Source: Bordetella parapertussis (GTDB lineage Bacteria > Pseudomonadota > Gammaproteobacteria > Burkholderiales > JACQAP01). From it: DNA of 64,000 bases. The notes under the pieces are model-generated. The model did not search any database. It saw only the letters and a list, made by a program, of their open reading frames with translations, and had not been told where the DNA came from. Below, one piece after another: positions 50,082 through 59,347 of the stretch. The DNA lies in assembly GCA_945900965.1 (NCBI GenBank), contig CAMDKM010000003.1, positions 73,715-137,714 on the forward strand, read 5' to 3'. How positions within the stretch are numbered: the stretch's first letter is position 1; each line of letters begins with the position of its first letter. The translations under genes and the position numbers were made by a program.

Positions 50082-52042
50082 GCTGCCTTTGCCGCGGGAG
50101 TCTGAACCAACACGTCGCGGATTTCGATGTCGGCGCGCACTTTGCCGCGGCGGCCGTCCTCGAACTTAACCTCTGTTTCAATTACGCAGCGACTCTTGCC
50201 GCCATACAAGGCGTCCAGCAGCGCGACGTATTTTTCCGCTACAAATCCGCGCCGCACCTTGCGGGTGCGGGTGAGCTCGTCATCGTCGGCGTCGAGTTCC
50301 TTGTGCAGCACCAGAAAGCGCCTGATCTGTGAGCCGGTGAGCGCCGCGTCGGCCGCGAGATCGGCATTGACCTTTTCCACGCATTCCAGGATCAACCCAT
50401 AGACCTCGCTCTTGCTGGCGAGATCGACATAACCACTATAGGCCAGCCCACGTTTCTCCGCCCAGTTGCCCACCGCCTGCATGTCGAAGTTGATGAAAGC
50501 GCAGACCATGTCGCGGCCATCGCCGAAACACACTGCTTCTTTAATATAGGGGAAAAATTTGAGTTTGTTCTCCAGAAACTGCGGCGCGAACAACGTGCCG
50601 TTCTTTAATTTGCCGACATCCTTGGCGCGGTCGATGATGTGCAAGTCGCCATCGGCATCGATGAAGCCGGCGTCCCCGGTCATGAAGTAGCCGTCTGGCG
50701 TGATCGACTCGGCGCTGGCATCCGGGCGCTTATAGTAGCCATCAAGCAGGCCCGGAGTCTTGACCTGCACCTCGCCGTCGGCGGCGATGCGGATTTCCAC
50801 GCCGGCCTGGGGCTGGCCCACCACGTCCAATTTGGTTTGACCGCTCCTTTGCTTGCACACGTAGACGCCGGTCTCCGTCTGGCCATAGAGCTGTTTGAGA
50901 TTGATGCCGATCGAGCGGTAGAAGCGGTAGAGGTCCGGCCCGATCGCCGCGCCCCCCGTGTAGGCCACACGCACCCGGCTCAATCCGAGCACGTTCTTTA
51001 ACGGACCGTAGACCAGCAGTTCGCCGAGCGCATAAAGCAGCCGGTCACTCAGGCCGACGGGCCGGCCGTCAAGGATGTCCGGCCCGCAGCGCTTTGCGAC
51101 GTTCATGAAATAGTGGTACAGGCCGCGCTTGATTCGTCCCGCATCGTCGATGCGGATGGTGACCTGGGTGAGCAGGTTTTCGAGCACGCGCGGCGGGGCG
51201 AAGTAATAGGTTGGCCCGATCTCGCGCATATCGATCATCACTGTTTCGGACGACTCGGGGCAGTTCACCGTGAAGCCAGCGGCGAGCGCCTGCATATAGG
51301 AAAACAGATGATCGCCGACCCAGGCCATCGGCATGTAGGACACCACCTCCTCGTTCTCGGTGAAACCGTCGAACGCGATGTCGCCGCGGGCCACGGCGAG
51401 CAGGCCGCGGTGCGTATGACAGACGCCCTTGGGTTTGCTGGTGGTGCCGGAGGTGTACAGAATCACGCAAATGCCCTCTGTTTTTCCGAGCGCCACTTCG
51501 CGTGCTAAAAACTCCGGCTGCGCCGCATCCAGCGCGCGCCCCTTTTCGCGCAGGCCGTCACAGGAATAAATTTGCGGCTGGGAATAGTTGCGCATCCCGC
51601 GGCCTTCATCGTAAATGATGTACTTCAGGCGCGGGCAATGCGGCAGCAAATCCAGAAGCTTATCGACTTGCTCCTGGTCTTCGACGATGGCGTATTCGAT
51701 CTCGGCATTGTCGAGCACAAAGAGCATCTCCTGCGCCACCGAATCCTGATACAGCGGCACCGGCACGCCGCCAAGACTCTGCGCGGCGGCAAACGCCCAG
51801 TACAGCCGTGGCCGATTGTCCCCCACGATGGCGAGATTCATCCCGCGCTTGAATCCCAGCTCCGCCAGCCCGCAAGCCATCCAGCGCACCTCGTCGGCAT
51901 ACTGCCGCCAGGTCCAGCTCTGCCAGATGCCCAAGTCTTTTTCGCGCATAGCGATGTGTTCGCCACGCACACGGGCATGCTCCAGCAACTGCCGGGGAAA
52001 AGTATCGGCTGCCATCGGCAAGCCGGCACTGGATTGGGTCAA
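50078..52042 (-). CDS. Long-chain fatty acid-CoA ligase (AMP-binding)
   Basis: YTSGTTSKPKG; YGQTE; TGDAG; AGGAGG upstream of the TTG start. Confidence 0.88.
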   Translation of the reverse strand: MTQSSAGLPMAADTFPRQLLEHARVRGEHIAMREKDLGIWQSWTWRQYADEVRWMACGLAELGFKRGMNLAIVGDNRPRLYWAFAAAQSLGGVPVPLYQDSVAQEMLFVLDNAEIEYAIVEDQEQVDKLLDLLPHCPRLKYIIYDEGRGMRNYSQPQIYSCDGLREKGRALDAAQPEFLAREVALGKTEGICVILYTSGTTSKPKGVCHTHRGLLAVARGDIAFDGFTENEEVVSYMPMAWVGDHLFSYMQALAAGFTVNCPESSETVMIDMREIGPTYYFAPPRVLENLLTQVTIRIDDAGRIKRGLYHYFMNVAKRCGPDILDGRPVGLSDRLLYALGELLVYGPLKNVLGLSRVRVAYTGGAAIGPDLYRFYRSIGINLKQLYGQTETGVYVCKQRSGQTKLDVVGQPQAGVEIRIAADGEVQVKTPGLLDGYYKRPDASAESITPDGYFMTGDAGFIDADGDLHIIDRAKDVGKLKNGTLFAPQFLENKLKFFPYIKEAVCFGDGRDMVCAFINFDMQAVGNWAEKRGLAYSGYVDLASKSEVYGLILECVEKVNADLAADAALTGSQIRRFLVLHKELDADDDELTRTRKVRRGFVAEKYVALLDALYGGKSRCVIETEVKFEDGRRGKVRADIEIRDVLVQTPAAKAA

Positions 52043-52154
52043 ACGGAAACTCCTCCTAAATTCTTATTATTGGCGGACCATTAAATGGTCTTACCATCCG
52101 GTCGCGCAGCTGGAAGCTTACACCACGCAGGGGCCAAAAGACCATGTCGGCATG

Positions 52155-53516
52155 CTAATTTGGCTGGCCTTGCGTGATCGCGATGGTGAAGCCCTTCGGG
52201 ATCAGCCGGTGTTCGTAAGCCTGCCGCTCAAGCGTCTCCCGAAAGTCCGGATGTGCGATCGATATCATTGCCTTGGCACGCTGGGCGATGGACCTGCCCT
52301 TAAGATTGACGATGCCGTATTCGGTCACGACATACATCACGTCGGAGCGTGGCGTCGTGACAACATTGCCGGGTGTAAGGTCAAAGACAATCCGGCTTCT
52401 GGGCGCGCCGCGTTTGTCGTAGGTGGAAGACATGCAAATGAAGGACTTGCCACCCTTTGAAGCGTAACCGCCGCGCACAAACTGCAACTGGCCGCCGGTC
52501 CCGCTGATGTGACGATGGCCGTCGCTTTCCGATGCGACCTGGCCTTGTAAATCCATTTGCGTGGTGTTGTTGATCGTCACCGCCTTGTCGTTCTGCATGA
52601 TGATGTGCGGCAGGTTGGTGTAGCGCGTCGGGTAGGCGATGAAATCCGGATTGCGATCAATGGTGTCGTAAAGATATTTCGAGCCCAATGCGAAGCTATA
52701 CGCGATCTTGCCGGGGTCAAGCGTCTTGGCGGCCCCGGTGATGAAGCCAGCCTTGTAGAGATCGACGATGCCGTCGGTAAGCATCTCGGTATGAACACCG
52801 AGGTTGCGCACACCTGACTCCAGCAACAGCGAGCACACGGCGTTGGGCATGCCGCCGATGCCGATCTGAAGGCATGAACCGTCTTCGATTTCGGTCGCGA
52901 TGAGGCAAGCGACGGCGCGATCAACGTCGGTTATGGGTGACTTTGGCAGTTCGAAGACCGGGGCATTGTCACCTTCAATGACGTAATCGACTTCGCTCAT
53001 GTGAATCGCGTTGTCGATCCCGTAACAATAAGGCAGAGTCGGGCAGGTTTCTACAATCACCAACCGGGCGCGTTCGATAATCGCCCGATGCCAGAGTGTT
53101 GCGGCGCTGAGATTAAAATTGCCATCTGCGTCGACCGGGCAGGTCTTGATCACCACGATGTCCACCGGGTCGATGTTGCGCGCGTAGTAGTCGTCGACCT
53201 CGCCCAGATTCACCGGCATGTAGTCGCAGCGGCCCGCGTCGTGCATTTTCCGGTCGTAGCCGGAGAAATGCAGGCTCATCACGTAGAAGTGCTCTCCATT
53301 GGGATCTACCTCCAACACGGCGCGAGGGCGCGTGGTGATGGCGCTCCTGATTTTTACGTCGCGAAGCTCGGCGGCGCGTGCCGCCAAGGCATTGTCGAAA
53401 CTGTCCGGCTGCGCCAGCACGCCGCCGTAATCCAGCCACATGCCGGACTTGACCAAGCTTGCCGCGGCTTCAGCGCTAACGGTCCGAGCGGGCGATGCGG
53501 CCTGCCTCCTGGTCAT
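52155..53516 (-). CDS. Acetyl-CoA hydrolase/transferase family CoA-transferase (butyryl/4-hydroxybutyryl-CoA type)
   Basis: LQIGIGGMP; HTEM; SGTGGQLQF; VVTEYG. Confidence 0.88.
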   Translation of the reverse strand: MTRRQAASPARTVSAEAAASLVKSGMWLDYGGVLAQPDSFDNALAARAAELRDVKIRSAITTRPRAVLEVDPNGEHFYVMSLHFSGYDRKMHDAGRCDYMPVNLGEVDDYYARNIDPVDIVVIKTCPVDADGNFNLSAATLWHRAIIERARLVIVETCPTLPYCYGIDNAIHMSEVDYVIEGDNAPVFELPKSPITDVDRAVACLIATEIEDGSCLQIGIGGMPNAVCSLLLESGVRNLGVHTEMLTDGIVDLYKAGFITGAAKTLDPGKIAYSFALGSKYLYDTIDRNPDFIAYPTRYTNLPHIIMQNDKAVTINNTTQMDLQGQVASESDGHRHISGTGGQLQFVRGGYASKGGKSFICMSSTYDKRGAPRSRIVFDLTPGNVVTTPRSDVMYVVTEYGIVNLKGRSIAQRAKAMISIAHPDFRETLERQAYEHRLIPKGFTIAITQGQPN

Positions 53517-53585
53517 GATGGTGCTTTCTCCGTCACTTGATGTGTCACAGAAAACATCTTCGGGAAGTTGAGTTGACTCAGGCGA

Positions 53586-53957
53586 TCAACGACCGAGTTC
53601 GCTTGCGGGAGCCCACGGCGGCAGAGGTTCGCCACCGGTGTAATGGTTCTGCGCTGGCGTCTCCCGAAAGAGCACGTAGATATCGCGTGCATCGACATCC
53701 AGTTCAGCTTTCAACAATGCGGCAATGGCATCCACCAGCGCCTTCTTCCGATCGTGTCCCCGCCCGGGGCGCAAATCGACAGTGACCAGCGGCACGCCAT
53801 CACCGATCGCAGCGCAGACTTCGCGCACGGCAACATAGTCGTATTTGGTTTCTTTTGGCGCGAGGGTTGCGAGGACGGCTTGCTTAACACCCTCGCGGAT
53901 ACGACGTTTCTTGTCTAGCGGCGTTCCTTCTGGCACTTCGACTCGGATGACGGGCAT
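53586..53957 (-). CDS. Tautomerase superfamily protein (two fused beta-alpha-beta units, catalytic Pro1)
   Basis: M-P-V-I-R-V start after AAAGGA RBS; internal repeat PLVTVDLRPGR..RKKAL. Confidence 0.78.
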   Translation of the reverse strand: MPVIRVEVPEGTPLDKKRRIREGVKQAVLATLAPKETKYDYVAVREVCAAIGDGVPLVTVDLRPGRGHDRKKALVDAIAALLKAELDVDARDIYVLFRETPAQNHYTGGEPLPPWAPASELGR

Positions 53958-53984
53958 GGTTTTTCCTTTCAATGTCGGAATGTC

Positions 53985-54299
53985 TTACGCCCGGGGAGCC
54001 ATTCCGCGCACCAGCGTCAGGAACTCGAGCTTGGTTCCCGCGCGACGATGTGCCGACAGGGCTTGATAGTCCGGATCGGCGTACCAGCGCCTCGCATGGT
54101 CTTCCGACGGGAATTTGAAAATGATGACGCGTCCCTCACGTGCTGCTGAACCTTCGAAGGTGTGAGTCTGGTCGTCGAAGGTGACCAACTCTCCGCCGTG
54201 GCGCTTGAGGAGCGGGAAAAACCCTTTCTCGTATTTGCGGTACTCATCCGCATCTCGAACAATCAGGTTCGCGAGCATGTAGGCAGGCGCGTCGGACAT
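53985..54299 (-). CDS. DUF1330 family protein
   Basis: PAYML; FPS...RRWYADPDYQ..HRR. Confidence 0.8.
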   Translation of the reverse strand: MSDAPAYMLANLIVRDADEYRKYEKGFFPLLKRHGGELVTFDDQTHTFEGSAAREGRVIIFKFPSEDHARRWYADPDYQALSAHRRAGTKLEFLTLVRGMAPRA

Positions 54300-54310
54300 G
54301 GTGTTCTCCA

Positions 54311-55195
54311 TCAGGGCAGCGCAGCAATCCAATCGGCCAGGGCATGCCCAATTTCATCGGGAGAATCTTCCTGGAGGAAATGCAAGCCTTCCACCGTGAC
54401 TTCTTTCTGATTGGGCCAGGTTCGACAGAATTCGCGCTGAGCCCCGACCAATATCGAGCCAGGCTCCGCATTGATGAACAATTTCGGGACGGCGCATTGT
54501 CGCAACCAATCGGCGTACTGCTGCACCAATGCGACCATGTGCGCAGGCTCGCCCGCGATGGGGATCTGCCGTGGCCAGTTCAACGTTATCTGGCGGTTGT
54601 CTTTCTCGACGAAGGGCGCGCGGTACTCGGCCATCTCTTCGTCGGTCAGCTTGCGCATGATCGAACTCGGTAACACGCCCTCGATGAACATGTTGCGGTT
54701 CAAGATCAGGTCCTCGCCCTTGGCGGAGCGGAATCCCTGAAATATGCCGCGCGCCTTTTCCGGCCAATCGTTCCAGGACGGCAAGGGCATGACGATGCCC
54801 TCCATATAGGCGAGGCCACGAACCGCTACGGGGTGGTTGTGAGCCCAGTGAAAAGCAAGCGCACTGCCCCAGTCGTGGAGAACGAAAATAACTTCCGAAG
54901 TCGCACCGATTTCCGTCAAGAGGCCATTCAGATAAGCATAGGTCACCTCAAAACTGTAACGACCGGGCCCCTCGCTGGCTGGGAGTTTTTCCGAGTCGCC
55001 ATGGCCAATCAGATCGGGAACAATGACTTTGCCGCTGCCTGCCAGATGCGGGACGATATTGCGCCACAAGTAACTCGATGTGGGATTGCCGTGCAGCAAA
55101 ACGATCGGGCGACCCGTACCCACTTCCGCATAGGCGAGACGACGTCCCTTGACCTTGCAGAACTTCTTGGGGAGTGGCGCTGCGGAGAATGCCAT
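54311..55195 (-). CDS. dhaA: Haloalkane dehalogenase (DhaA/LinB-type, HLD-II)
   Basis: LHGNPTSSYLWRN; HDWG nucleophile; YMEGI; G.HFLQEDSP. Confidence 0.88.
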   Translation of the reverse strand: MAFSAAPLPKKFCKVKGRRLAYAEVGTGRPIVLLHGNPTSSYLWRNIVPHLAGSGKVIVPDLIGHGDSEKLPASEGPGRYSFEVTYAYLNGLLTEIGATSEVIFVLHDWGSALAFHWAHNHPVAVRGLAYMEGIVMPLPSWNDWPEKARGIFQGFRSAKGEDLILNRNMFIEGVLPSSIMRKLTDEEMAEYRAPFVEKDNRQITLNWPRQIPIAGEPAHMVALVQQYADWLRQCAVPKLFINAEPGSILVGAQREFCRTWPNQKEVTVEGLHFLQEDSPDEIGHALADWIAALP

Positions 55196-55767
55196 CAGGC
55201 CGCGCTCCCCATCAGGCGAAACGCCGTGTCGATATTGGCAAGCTGCCGATCCCGTGCAACCCTGCGGCGGCTGGAAACGCGGATGCCTTCATTGAACAGC
55301 ATCAGGAAGCTGGCAAATTCGGCGGCACGCTTCGGCGCAAGTCCGGCATCTCGCAGGCATTTCTCGAACTCCGCCTGCATTTCAACCAATAGACCGCTGG
55401 CCCGCGCGCTGAGATCGTCATCGACTCCGGCCAATTCCAACACCGTATTGACCATCATGCATCCCCATGCGGTCTTCTGGCCGCGCTGCCCGGTTGCCGT
55501 GTACTCGAAGAAATTCCGCAGAGCATCCAGGGGACCCATGTTTTCGCGCGCCTTCAGCAGGATGTCCTTGGTACGCTTGCCAAATAGCTCCAGACATTCC
55601 ACATACAGGCTGCGTTTGTCGACGAAGGTTGCGTAAAAACTGCTGCGGCCGATGTCCATGGTCTCCAACAGGTCGGCGAGCGAAGCCGCCTGGTAACCCT
55701 TGTTCCAAAACAGCACAAGGGCTTTGTCCAGCGCCGCCGATCGATCGAACTCCAGGATTCTTGCCAT
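55195..55767 (-). CDS. TetR/AcrR family transcriptional regulator
   Basis: MAR..EFD; HTH LFWNKGY..SLADL..I.RSSFY; GCMMVN. Confidence 0.9.
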   Translation of the reverse strand: MARILEFDRSAALDKALVLFWNKGYQAASLADLLETMDIGRSSFYATFVDKRSLYVECLELFGKRTKDILLKARENMGPLDALRNFFEYTATGQRGQKTAWGCMMVNTVLELAGVDDDLSARASGLLVEMQAEFEKCLRDAGLAPKRAAEFASFLMLFNEGIRVSSRRRVARDRQLANIDTAFRLMGSAA

Positions 55768-55772
55768 GGCCC

Positions 55773-55802
55773 AATACTGTACCGATCGGTTCAGAATGTC
55801 AA
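55773..55802 (-). promoter_or_regulatory. Sigma70-type promoter with overlapping TetR-like operator
   Basis: TTGACA-N17-CAGTAT-N6-ATG; spacer contains palindrome CTG(A/T)ACCGATCGGT(A/T)CAG. Confidence 0.7.
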
Positions 55803-55858
55803 GCGTGACAATTGGCCTCGCGCTCGACCTTGGGGAAACACTGAATAAGTCCGGAGAT

Positions 55859-55927
55859 GTCATTCCCACGGAGACGAGAATCAAGGATTTTCAAAGAAAA
55901 CTGGTTCCCCGCCTTTGCGGGAAAGAC
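55859..55927. repeat. Degenerate GTCATTCCC..GGGAATGAC (dRS3/RPE-like) REP pair
   Basis: GTCATTCCCACGGAGACGAGAATCA ... TGGTTCCCCGCCTTTGCGGGAAAGAC. Confidence 0.6.
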
Positions 55928-55934
55928 ACCTATC

Positions 55935-56867
55935 TCAGTGTTTCCCCGAACTTTCAGGGCCCAACCAACGGCGAAGTTTTACGCGTGCACCGTTGGTCGC
56001 CGGGCCCAGTGCCGCGCCCATCTTCGCGCCGGCCGGCGTTGATAGCGTAAACCGGGCGGCGGCGAAATCCAGCATCGCGCCGTTCATTCCGGGCCAGCGC
56101 GCATGTCCACCGTCATATTCACAAAACAAGGTTCGCGTGCCCGGCGCGCAGCCAACATACTCAATACAGCCGTTGTTCGCAGCGATGGTCTTACTTTCGC
56201 AGCGGTTGCACTGTCCCCACCAATGCGCCGCATCGCGGCCATACTGCGGCGGCGGGAACAATTTGTCCTTTGTGCCGTGAATGACCATCACGGAGCGCGG
56301 TGCGGGGCAGGCGTAGGCGCGCAGGTCTTCCGCGCGCAATCCGGCCGCGCTGGCGACGATGCCCGTGACCGGGAGACTGGACTTGCCCAGAAACACCAGC
56401 GCGGAAGCGGCGGTGCCGCCGTCGGAGTGTCCCGCCAGCCAGACGCGCCGCGGATCGACGCACCAGTTTTTGGCGACGGTGGCCGGTACTTCGCCGAGCA
56501 CGTCGAATGTCTTCAGCTTGAGCGGGCGGTGGTCGGGATAAGCGACGATGAATCCGCGTGCCGTGGCATCGCGCGTCAAGCCGAGATATTTTTCGGAAGC
56601 GTGGCGATTCTGCCCTGCCGCCGGATAAACCACCAGCAAGGGATGGGCAAGGCTGGCGTCGTAGTTGGCCGGGGTGCGAACACTGATGCGCAATTCACCT
56701 GGCGTGGCGATTTCATTACTCGCGCCACTCGGGACTGCTGCCGCGCACTGCGTTGGCAGGGCGAGTGCCGCGTAGTCGGCTTGGCCGAGGTCGACCTTAG
56801 CGGGGCCGCAGGCGCATAGCATTGCCAGCAGTGCCAGCGCCGCACACCCGGCGTTACGGCTTGTCAC
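55935..56867 (-). CDS. PHB-depolymerase/LpqC-family esterase, predicted lipoprotein
   Basis: Lipobox LCAC; GFIVAYPD; GHSDG; IHGTKD; GGHARW. Confidence 0.75.
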   Translation of the reverse strand: MTSRNAGCAALALLAMLCACGPAKVDLGQADYAALALPTQCAAAVPSGASNEIATPGELRISVRTPANYDASLAHPLLVVYPAAGQNRHASEKYLGLTRDATARGFIVAYPDHRPLKLKTFDVLGEVPATVAKNWCVDPRRVWLAGHSDGGTAASALVFLGKSSLPVTGIVASAAGLRAEDLRAYACPAPRSVMVIHGTKDKLFPPPQYGRDAAHWWGQCNRCESKTIAANNGCIEYVGCAPGTRTLFCEYDGGHARWPGMNGAMLDFAAARFTLSTPAGAKMGAALGPATNGARVKLRRWLGPESSGKH

Positions 56868-56998
56868 TTTGCAGGGCGTTTCTTCTGGCGCAGCGGTTTG
56901 TAGCTGGCCGTCTGAGGCGAGGCGCCGGGCATTGTTACTTCGATATCCGCCATTGTTTCATCACAATTCTCCTCGTGGCTCAAACATGCTTCGCGCGA

Positions 56999-58957
56999 TC
57001 AATGCACATGATCATCGGGCGGCGGTCTGACTTCCGGCTCCGCCGCCAGCATCTTGATATGCGCACTCAGGCGGTCGATATCACGCCAGGCATCGCCCTC
57101 GCCGGGTGACCAGCGTGCGCGTACATAGCCAAAGCGATCCACCAGCAGCTCCATGTGCGCGGGCACCGGAGCGCGGTCCTGCGGATCGGCGTCAGTAAGT
57201 GTTCGGCGCAGCAGGCTGTAAGCGCTCACGGTTTCGGCGCCGCCTTCGAGCGCCACGCCGTACGGCGCAGGCAGCCGGGCGGCATATTTTCCGTCAACCG
57301 GAATGGCAATGATTCTCGCGCCTGCTTCATTCAGCCGCGCGTTGTTGTCCGTCAGTTGACGCATCCGTGCATCTGACATGGGTGCGGTAAAAAACACCAG
57401 TAACACCACGCTTTGTTGCCGGTAATCCTTGAGTGCCGCGGAAACGCCGTGCTGATCGGTGTAGTTGAAATCGATCGCACCCAGCCAAGGCTTGAGCGGC
57501 ACAGGGCGCTCACCAAGGATACGCGCCTGATAGCCCGCCGAAAGCGTGCGCAGGAAATTGATCAAGTCCCAGCGATCATCCCCCGATAGAACGGTGGCGA
57601 AGCCGGGCATGGTGTTCTTGCCGAATGTGAGCCACCAGAACATATCGCCCGCCGTGTGCAGCGCGGTGTGGGGCTCGGTGAGATTGGCGGCAGGAATCAT
57701 TGCGCTGGCGGCTGGGCCGTCGCCATGGCCGCTGCTGCCATGGCAATCGGTGCAATGGCGTTGAAACAGTTGCGCGCCCGCCGTGACGGAAATGGTTTGA
57801 TACAGCACGCTCGGCCTGCGATAAGTGTCGGGATAAGCCTCAACGGAAATTGCGGCCAGCGCAGCGCTCGCGGCACAGACGAACAACATGCCACCCAGCA
57901 CCACCGCTGCCGACATTCGGCGCTGAAGCAGAAAGCGCCAGAGCGCGAAGACCAAGCCCAAGGCGGCGGCAACAGCGCAGGCCAGCGCGATGGGAATCCA
58001 TTGCGTGTCACGGTTGGCATCAATGGAAAAGCGAAACGGCAGTAACCAGTCGATGGCATCGTGCGCCGCGGGAATGGTGCGCGCGATTTGGGCGGCGAGC
58101 AGCACGATGATCAGCGCGATCAGCCATTCGACCAGAATCCAGCGCGCGAGTTGTTTTGCCAGCGTGGCATCCCCGGCAAAACGCGGCAGTAGTTTCCAGC
58201 GCAACTGCGCGGCGAGCAACAAAACGCCTGCGAGCAGCAGAATTTTTATCAGCAGCGTCCATCCGTAAGCGGTGCCGAATAAGGCCGGAAAAGTCTGAAT
58301 GTGCACGACGCCGAGCCAGACGCCGCTGGCGACAATGAGCAGCATGAGCGGCAGCGCTAGGTTTGAAAATCTGGCGAACGATGCCAGCGCCAGCCTGCGT
58401 GCGTCGTCATCGCCGCGCGCCGCCAGCAGCGCCAGCGCACTCATCACCGGCAGTGCGCCCAGCCAAAAACCCGCTGCGAGCAGATGTGCGATATGCGCGG
58501 CTACTGCGGGCCACAACGGCACGGCGGTGGCCGAGTGTCCGGACCATGGCAGCGCTGCCAGCGCGACCCCCGCCAGCGCGAGAACGACGATGACCGGCAG
58601 CGCTGACTGGGCGCGCGCCACCAGCATCACTGCGAGCAGCACGCAAGCGGCGAGCAGCAAGGCTTCGCGCAACATCCAGACCGCGCCGAAGCGGCTTTCG
58701 AACAGCAGCCGGGAAATGGTTGCATCCAAAGGCAGTCCGGTCTGCGGCAGAGTTGCAATTTGCGCGGCGAACACCAGCACTCCGGAAAGCAGCGCGATCG
58801 CACCGCTGGCAAGAGCGAAAACCAGGACACGCCGCCACAACGCAGGCGAAGTCCGCGCTCGCGGAGCGCAGAAAATCAGAAAACCCAGACTCCCAGTCAG
58901 GATCAGACCGCCGCCCTGATGCAACCCGCGTGCAATCAGGAAAATCGCTTCGTTCAT
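56999..58957 (-). CDS. copD: CopD copper-transport domain fused to cytochrome c and a thioredoxin-like domain
   Basis: CopD motifs SGH, HLLAAGFWLG, RFS, YG..LLIK; CTDCH heme; C-terminal DFNYTDQHG..VVLLVFF; PPPDDHVH tail. Confidence 0.82.
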   Translation of the reverse strand: MNEAIFLIARGLHQGGGLILTGSLGFLIFCAPRARTSPALWRRVLVFALASGAIALLSGVLVFAAQIATLPQTGLPLDATISRLLFESRFGAVWMLREALLLAACVLLAVMLVARAQSALPVIVVLALAGVALAALPWSGHSATAVPLWPAVAAHIAHLLAAGFWLGALPVMSALALLAARGDDDARRLALASFARFSNLALPLMLLIVASGVWLGVVHIQTFPALFGTAYGWTLLIKILLLAGVLLLAAQLRWKLLPRFAGDATLAKQLARWILVEWLIALIIVLLAAQIARTIPAAHDAIDWLLPFRFSIDANRDTQWIPIALACAVAAALGLVFALWRFLLQRRMSAAVVLGGMLFVCAASAALAAISVEAYPDTYRRPSVLYQTISVTAGAQLFQRHCTDCHGSSGHGDGPAASAMIPAANLTEPHTALHTAGDMFWWLTFGKNTMPGFATVLSGDDRWDLINFLRTLSAGYQARILGERPVPLKPWLGAIDFNYTDQHGVSAALKDYRQQSVVLLVFFTAPMSDARMRQLTDNNARLNEAGARIIAIPVDGKYAARLPAPYGVALEGGAETVSAYSLLRRTLTDADPQDRAPVPAHMELLVDRFGYVRARWSPGEGDAWRDIDRLSAHIKMLAAEPEVRPPPDDHVH

Positions 58958-59334
58958 CGGCCTGCGGCGGGGGGCTCCCGGATTTCAAATTGGAAGCTGG
59001 ATTTGACGGTGTGGCCGTCAATGGAAAGGACTTGGAATTGCACGGTGTAAACCCCATTGCCCAAGCGGGGCAGCGCCAGCTCCAGCAGCTTTGCGTCTTG
59101 CGCGGCAACCACGGCTTTAATTTCGGTCACCGGTTTGCCGGTAGAGTCCAGCACGGTGGCGATGCTGAATGCGGGTTCGAGTGCCTCGTTAAACCATAGC
59201 CGCAACTGTTGGGGCGCCTGACTCATTACAGCGCGGCGCGCGGGCTCGGACTTTAGCAGCTTGGCGTGTGCCCAGGTTGTCGCCGGTTGCGCAATCAGAA
59301 CGCACAGCATCAGGGACGCGAAAAAACGCTGCAT
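58954..59334 (-). CDS. copC: Periplasmic copper chaperone CopC
   Basis: Signal ending TWA then HAKLLKSEP (His1); SIDGH. Confidence 0.9.
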   Translation of the reverse strand: MQRFFASLMLCVLIAQPATTWAHAKLLKSEPARRAVMSQAPQQLRLWFNEALEPAFSIATVLDSTGKPVTEIKAVVAAQDAKLLELALPRLGNGVYTVQFQVLSIDGHTVKSSFQFEIREPPAAGR

Positions 59335-59347
59335 CGGCGCGCGCCCT

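Noticed and set aside
56864..56961. PqqA-like peptide (MKQW.. / IEVTM)
   Set aside because: No E-x3-Y motif (EVTMP), the two parts are in different frames, and no pqq genes are nearby
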